Assembly: GCA_002269645.1 (NCBI GenBank)
Contig: NIVC01004795.1
Location: forward strand, 1-34,929
Length of the DNA stretch: 34,929 nt
Direction of reading: 5' to 3'
Origin: Macrostomum lignano
Taxonomy: Eukaryota
Positions 28,206 through 34,929 of the stretch are shown here, piece after piece. The translations under genes and the position numbers were made by a program. Numbering within the stretch: position 1 is the first letter of the stretch; each line of letters begins with the position of its first letter. The notes under the pieces were generated by a model. The model searched no databases. It had not been told where the DNA came from and saw only the letters and a list, made by a program, of their open reading frames with translations.

Positions 28206-31140
28206 GCTGGACTCCAAGAGTGTCAGCAAGGCCTCCAGAGGGTCCCTTTGGATCTCAGCAGGGTAAATGCTAATTAGGTTGCTGAATCATCTAATAGGTG
28301 CTGGAAACAGAAACAAGTGTTGCACACAAGGGTAAACTACTGTCTGAACTGCTATATTTGTCAGACGTTTATAGTTTGTGCTACTTTGACTTATTATTGT
28401 CTAGATTCAATAGTCTTGGGCATAGTTGGAAAAGATAGTATAAAAATCCTACTTGATTTATCTCCAAAGTAACTTTAAAGTTGTTTTATCAAAAGGTTTT
28501 GCTTTAACTAATAGTTGCAGCTAAGACTATGGTTAACAAAGATGCTCTTTCAACATATTGTTTTTAATTTGCTATATGCATATAGAAAAAACAGCATTTT
28601 GCCTATTAATGTTTGAATAAATAACAAGTGGTACAAAAACAGAGTAAAATGTAAGGGCAAATAGCCCAATGCCAAGTAAAATGGAATTCCTAGGAAATTA
28701 AGGCATATTACCTTAGAAAAATAAGTATGATGCATCAATAAGTCATAATAGATCATAAATCCACAAAGGAAAATAAGCTAAGAACCTCTTGATCTTTATG
28801 ATTCTTTAGTAATGCCATTTTGGGAAATGTATTATATTGACAATAGCTTATCAACTTGGGGGAGGCAAGCAAATTTTTCCCAAAAAGAACCACCACTTTA
28901 CCTTCTTCCCCTGGGTTTTTAACCTCAAGAATTTGCCCCCATCAACAAATTTCTAGTTGCATTACTAAAGAAAAACTTAACAACTTGACAACAAAACTAG
29001 AATAATATAGAATAAAAGAAATAGGCCTACAACAATTAGATATATAACAATATATAGTTGTTGCTATTTATGCCTATTAAATATTTGTCAAAGACTAAAG
29101 ACTTCTGAATTAACTTACTTTGAGCAAACCTTATCATATAATGTTGGAGCTTATAGGCATATTTGCCAGATCTATAATATTAAGCATATAATGCATTGTG
29201 GCTTTCAATTTAGACAAAAAAGAAATGGCTCATAAAGAAATGGAAATGGTCCATAGATTTTAATAGATTCTATATTAGGGATATTGTTACATTGTGTTAG
29301 ATAGGAACATAGTTGCTATAGATAGTATAGGTAGGCCTAGTTATCCCCTTTCTTAGAAAAGTTTAATAGAATTAAAGCAGTACTAATACATTATGCTAAA
29401 ATCTTACAAATGCATATTATTAAGCTTATATTGTTAGGGGTCCTGCCCCCACCCCCTGTACTGCTACTAGGTGATATATCAAATAAGGTCATTTATTTAA
29501 TATTTATCTATTTATTTAATAGATTATTGACAAATTGGTAATTGAATATTTTAAAATACTAAAACTGACACAATGTTTGTATGTATATGTGCATATGTGT
29601 GTTTGATGACATTGATATATAGGCCTATATATATAAAATTAAAAATAATTTTAAATGATATCTAGAAATTTTTTATTATTTTCAGATAGGCCGCTATTCA
29701 TTCTTCATATTTCTAATATAGATAACAGTTGGCAACACCTTGTCTTGTGCACCACCATATTTTGGAAGGCATCCTATACACTAGGATTTCCTAGCATACA
29801 ATAAGGTCTTACCATTTATTAATATACATTAAATCCCATTAATATCCTAGCATATATGAATAGCAGCTAAATTGTGTTAAATGACAATTTTTGTATTGGC
29901 ACACAACCCTGGCATACAAACAAGGTCTTGTCATTTTTTCTGGCATTAAACCCAGACCCAGCATACACAATTAATATAAATTTATGATCCAAACTATGGC
30001 CTGTGCTGCCTAGGCCTATTGCCTATGCATGTAATAGGCCTATACTTTCCTTTAAATCTGCCAAATGACTGATTAAAAATGAATTTGTTATCTTATCACT
30101 ATCATTCTCATTTCCATTATAACTTAGGCCTAGGCCTATAATATTGATGTTATATAATATTTTGTGGTAGTAATAGACAAGTAAAAAATAACTGTCAATA
30201 GGCCTAACCCTTACAATAGGCCTAGGCAGGCTTAGCTTGAAAAGGAACTAAATAACATGTAGCTTAAGCATAGGCTAGGCTCTAAGGTGGAAGGCCTAAG
30301 GGTTTGTTGCATTAGGGGAATGCCAGTTTTAGGTAGTTGATATACTGTTAATACATTTGTGCATTTGTGCAATTATTAGGGCCTTTTTAATTTAAATATG
30401 GAATTAAAAAATCTATAACTATGTACTATATAGATATTATAATTCAATTATTAATTTAATTATTAATTTTACTATATTTTATTTAAAATTAGTTATATAA
30501 GTTTATGGCCATGGCATAAGCTGATGCATGGTTTTAAACTTTAATTAACTATTTTGAGAGAGGTTTTGAGTTTACTTTCTCGAATAAAACCCAATTTAAT
30601 ATAAAAAACTGCAAGTATGAGAGGTGTCCTATCAATTTTCAGTCATTTACACAAACTATAAACCATTAATTTAAAAACTATTACACAACATAGTGTACAA
30701 ACTATCCATATTATTATAACTTGATACCCATATGGCGCCGCGCCAGTCACCAAATTTCTACACCCAAATTTAAAAAGCTGGAGCTGGACAGATATAATGT
30801 AAAATTTTAATTGTAAGTCCTTGAAAGTACGATGTCCATCAAAACATAAAAAACTTGGAGTATTTATTATATCATTTAGTTTGCTGATAAATTCGCAAAG
30901 TGAAAAATAAAATGTGTTATTCTGTGTTACGAAATTTAAATAAAATACAGAGAGAGAAATTAAATGTATAGTAAGTGATCGTCGGTGGTGATATCTCGCA
31001 CCTACCTGCCGCACCTTACTCGCGCGCGCATATATAACGTAAAAATCGAACACAAATGGTTTGTTTTTTTGGCCTAAGGGTAGCTAGCCCCTATCCATGT
31101 ATATGAATATGATTTGCAGTCGTAGCTAATTAATTTCCTG

Positions 31141-31509
31141 CAGGGTTTTTTTTGTGCGCAGAGTGTGCGTATGCACTGCACCCTAAATTTTAAAATCGCA
31201 CCCTGAAATTAAAAAAGTAGGTGCAGTTTAGGTGCGGTCTTATAACCATTTTTTTAAAGGCTTAACCATGCTTAAGCTATTTTTTCATGCACTGCCTTAA
31301 AATATGAAACAAAATAACTCTTTAAATCCTATTAAGTCATATAGGCGATATAGCCTATGGCTATAGCCTTATGTAAGATATTAAAATATACATTCCCAGT
31401 TGTCTGAAACAAGACTCAAGAGAAATTGCACTCTGAGCCTTAAAATCGCACCTTGAAATTTGGTGCAAGGTGCGATTTTGCACATTGTCTCTGGCGAAAA
31501 AAAACCCAG
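31141..31509. mobile_element. hAT-type MITE (369 bp) with 8-bp TSD ATTTCCTG
   Basis: Ends CAGGGTTTTTTTT / AAAAAAAACCCAG (1 mismatch), TSD at 31133-31140 and 31510-31517, and repeated subterminal GCACC/GGTGC motifs. Confidence 0.85.
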
Positions 31510-33479
31510 ATTTCCTGTAACTTCCCATACGTCCCATAGGCCTAACATTTAAATTTAATGATATTGAATCCAATCCAATGGCAACAGTTCTTCGATCATT
31601 CATGTATTAATATTGAAATAAAGAGTGACAGCACTATAGTTTTGCTTACCTTACCCACCTAATTTAGGCTGACTATCACTGTTAGACTATTCACTGATTC
31701 ATTGACATTGTCATTAGGCATTTAGGCCTAAAAGTAGGCACTCCAATCCCCAATCAGATTTTGAAAGTTAAAATTTCACTATTTTAACTTTTTTCATTTA
31801 ATAAATCTCATTTGCCTTAGTAAAAAGACATCTTACTTAAGGCTTAATTTAGAAGATTAGGCACTGATCATTTATTCTTAGCCTTTACTTAGGAGGCCTA
31901 ACTTAACCAATTTCTATGTCCAATATAATATTTTTTAGGAAAATATATTAAAATATAAATTATAAATATATATAATATAGTTTGTCATTGCTCTAAGCCC
32001 TTATGAAGTCTAGATAGGCCTATAGGCCTACTTGTAAAAAAAAATTTTTCTCAATGAAAAATGCCATACTTAGACTCTTAGTTAGAGACTCTTAGTTAGA
32101 TGACTACTAAGTTAGAGACATAGTAGCCATAACATGGCAAACTTCTTATAATATAACATTTATAATAGGGCCTAATCTGTAAGTTCAAATACTTACGGAT
32201 ATACCTACATATATACTTGCGGCTGATAATTATAATTTAATATAATAATAATTTATTATTTTATTTTAATTAAAAAACTTCAAAAGTTCAAGATAGAAAA
32301 AATTCTGCTTGCTAAAAAATTTTAAATGAAAAAAATGCCAACCTCTTAGGATTTAATTCAAACCTTCCTACATGCAATCACAAAGCAATTGACATATCCA
32401 CTAAGCCACCATTTGCTTATAAGAGAGCCCTACAAAACATATATTTTATATCTAAATATACTAAATCTCTAAGGTTTGTTTATATGCTTGAATGCTTGTC
32501 CATAATGCTCTAGAGCGAGCAATTCTTCACCATCCTAATACTAAAACTGATGCAATGTTTGTGTGTAGGCCCTATGTATGTTTGTTGCAAGTGAACTCCT
32601 ACAATACTGGCAAGTTAGCATCAAAACTTATATGGGAAAACTGCAAATTTTCCCAAATCAGCTTTAGGCTATTTTAATTTTTAATTTTTGCATTTTAATA
32701 TCTCTAAAAAAGCAGAAATCTGATTTCTTAACCTTCTTTGGCCTTTCTATCTTTCTAGTAGAGGGTTGGCAGTCTGTTTGTAAAAATAGCCACCCCAACC
32801 TCCACCCGCTGGTTGCTGTGTATTGAGGGTTGTGGTGCGTGTGTTCTGCGTTCAATGAAAATAAAAACCCCATGTGTTGGGGTTCAGTTAAATTTAATGC
32901 TTCCCGCAGAATGGAGGGTTGGGCTTGGGCTGAGTGTACACAGCAGTTGTACAGTATAAACAGATAGATAGGACTGTGTTAAGATTCAATTGTTTTTATT
33001 ATTGGCACCTTTTTTCTCCATAGGCAGCCCTGTGTATTAGCTTGGCAGTGAAATTCAATGAATTGCGAGCTTCTCTAGCAAGCAGTCGGGAAATTGGTAA
33101 ATTTCAAACAACTAACTGTTCCTTGAGTTTTAAACTTTGAGAAGAGAGACTTATATTGCTAGAAAGATCTTGCAACGCTGAGTTCGCGGATATAAGTTGT
33201 TTGCTTTAAATATGAAAACAAATCACAGCATTAAAAAAATGATTTCTATACTTTTGCAAAGATTGCATTCATTTTTGCGATAGGGCAGAGATTAAAGCTG
33301 GGGGGTTAATTTCTACTTGCCACTGTGTATTGGAGGGGTTGGTTGCCATGTATTGGAGGGTTGATTTAGGTTGTGCAACTATATGCTAACTTTAACTGAG
33401 ACTGATACTGGCTGACTGAGAAATCGATTGCGCAATCTATTGCTTCAATTAGTTCATTTTTATTATTGCCGCCTTTAAC

Positions 33480-34150
33480 AGGAGGAAAGAGTGAGAGAGG
33501 AGAGATTAGACATGAAAGATAGGAGAGAAGAGGGGAGTAAGCAAGAATAAAGAGGGAGAAAGAAGAGGAGATGAAGGAGAGGATATGAGAGAGGAGATAT
33601 GAGATAGCAGAGAGGAGACAAGAGAGAGAAGAAAGGAGGGATAAGAGTGTACAGAGGCAATAGAAGAGAGGAAAGAGGGAGAGAGGAGACAGGAGGTGGT
33701 AGAAAGGGTGTAAAAACAGGAGATAAGAAAGGAGAGAGTAAGAGTGAGAGCATATAGGAAAGATGAAAATGAGAGCAGAGAGAGATAATAGATAAAGTGA
33801 GTAGAGAAGAGATATGAAAGAGAGAGAGAGAGGGAGAGTGGAGACAGAGAGAGAGTAAATTTGAAAGACCTGGGAGAAGAGATAAATAAGATAGTACAGA
33901 TGAGAGGAGAGAGAGAAGAGATGAGAGATGCAATGAGAAAAGAAATGAGTGAAAAATAAGAGAGAGAAAGAGACTTGAGAAGAGAGGGGAGAAGATGAGA
34001 GGAGAAAGAAAAGAGAGAAGAGAGAATGGAGAGGAGAGAAAAGAGAGGAGACAGAAGACGGTAGTAAGGAGGCAGAAAGATGGGAGATAAGAAAGGAGAG
34101 GATGATATGAGAGATATGAGATATGAGAAACAAGAGCAGAGACATGAGAG
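33480..34150. repeat. Aperiodic GA-rich low-complexity tract
   Basis: Purine-rich + strand without a clean period; source of the L/S/F-rich spurious ORFs. Confidence 0.85.
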
Positions 34151-34929
34151 TCCAAGTCTGGACAATGCCAATGAATTTTTGCAAATAGGGAAAACAAGAT
34201 ATCTGGTAATTAAAATGCATTGTAGAGGATTTGAGATGATTTGGAAGATGGGATTCAAGTCATGGAGTTTCAGCTGATGGGAGTTCTTCCCCTTCAGAAT
34301 TCTGGTGATGGGAGTTCTTCCCTTTCTCCTCCAGAGGAGGAGTTCCACTGTGTTGATGATAATAGCCATGCCTATAAGCTCAAATATTATAGACAAGGCT
34401 GCTGTGCCTATAAGCTCCAATATATAGACATGGCCGCCATGCCTATAAGTACTCCAAATGAAAAAAATACAAATTTCCCTTATTTCAAATTTATGTTTGC
34501 CTTTTATTAATATAATTATGACTATGTTGTAGCAGTTATTCTAATATTCAGTTGCAAGAATATCTATTTTATATATTTAAATTGCTTATTGCTAATTAAT
34601 TTCATTGTATACATTTAATGTTATAGTCTATAGCAAATAAAGCCTAATATAACTTTATAATCTAAATATTCTGGAAATTGTTTTGAATGTTGTAGGGGCA
34701 ATTTAATTATAGTTTGATCTACTGTTTTATCACCAAAATTGTTATAGAGGTTGGGGTTATACCAAATTGTTATAGAGGGGTTCTGGGAATTTTTTGGGTT
34801 TCAGGAAGAAATGTTCAAATTCTACTAATAGAAGGAATAAGCCTGAGGTTTGCTCCTGGTGGCATAGTGTCCAAGTGGCAAGACACTGTCTATTAAAGCT
34901 AAATTTAATCCAAAGGAGGGCTGTGTAAT

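Noticed and set aside
30643-31053. 136-aa minus ORF in AT-rich DNA
   Set aside because: No ATG at its annotated start, AT-rich codons unlike the real genes here, no recognisable motif and no splice context.
33366-34420. 240-304-aa L/S/F-rich 'membrane protein' ORFs
   Set aside because: Three overlapping frames over a pyrimidine-rich (minus) low-complexity tract, which is naturally stop-poor.

Overview
Eukaryotic (animal) genomic DNA, not prokaryotic: it has GT-AG introns, an alpha-tubulin, and a THAP/P-element, with no CRISPR or rRNA/tRNA. The GC-rich exons set among minisatellite-filled introns resemble Macrostomum-type flatworm long-read assemblies (inference, not verified). I reconstructed six protein genes by hand. 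(+) 5'-incomplete ARM-like/TIR/SAM gene, 85-2781. (-) degenerate EF-hand-like gene, 11058-5566. (-) double C2HC zinc-finger gene, 13759-12119. (-) 85-aa signal-peptide/single-TM gene absent from the ORF track, 15663-14702. (-) divergent intronless alpha-tubulin, 21430-20067. (-) PHD-RING-RING-acidic-tail gene, 28205-25865. Mobile DNA: a solo LTR with a 5-bp TSD inside a minisatellite, a decayed Gypsy/Mag gag-pol, a palindromic MITE, an internally deleted P element with TIRs, an 8-bp TSD and a THAP domain, and a hAT-type MITE with an 8-bp TSD. Almost every long intron and intergenic gap holds its own private minisatellite. Most long ORFs in the supplied track are repeat artefacts. Several real genes carry 1-nt deletions, mostly in short base runs, which probably reflect sequencing error. 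After ~28.3 kb the sequence becomes AT-rich and gene-free, with many TAGGCCTA palindromes.
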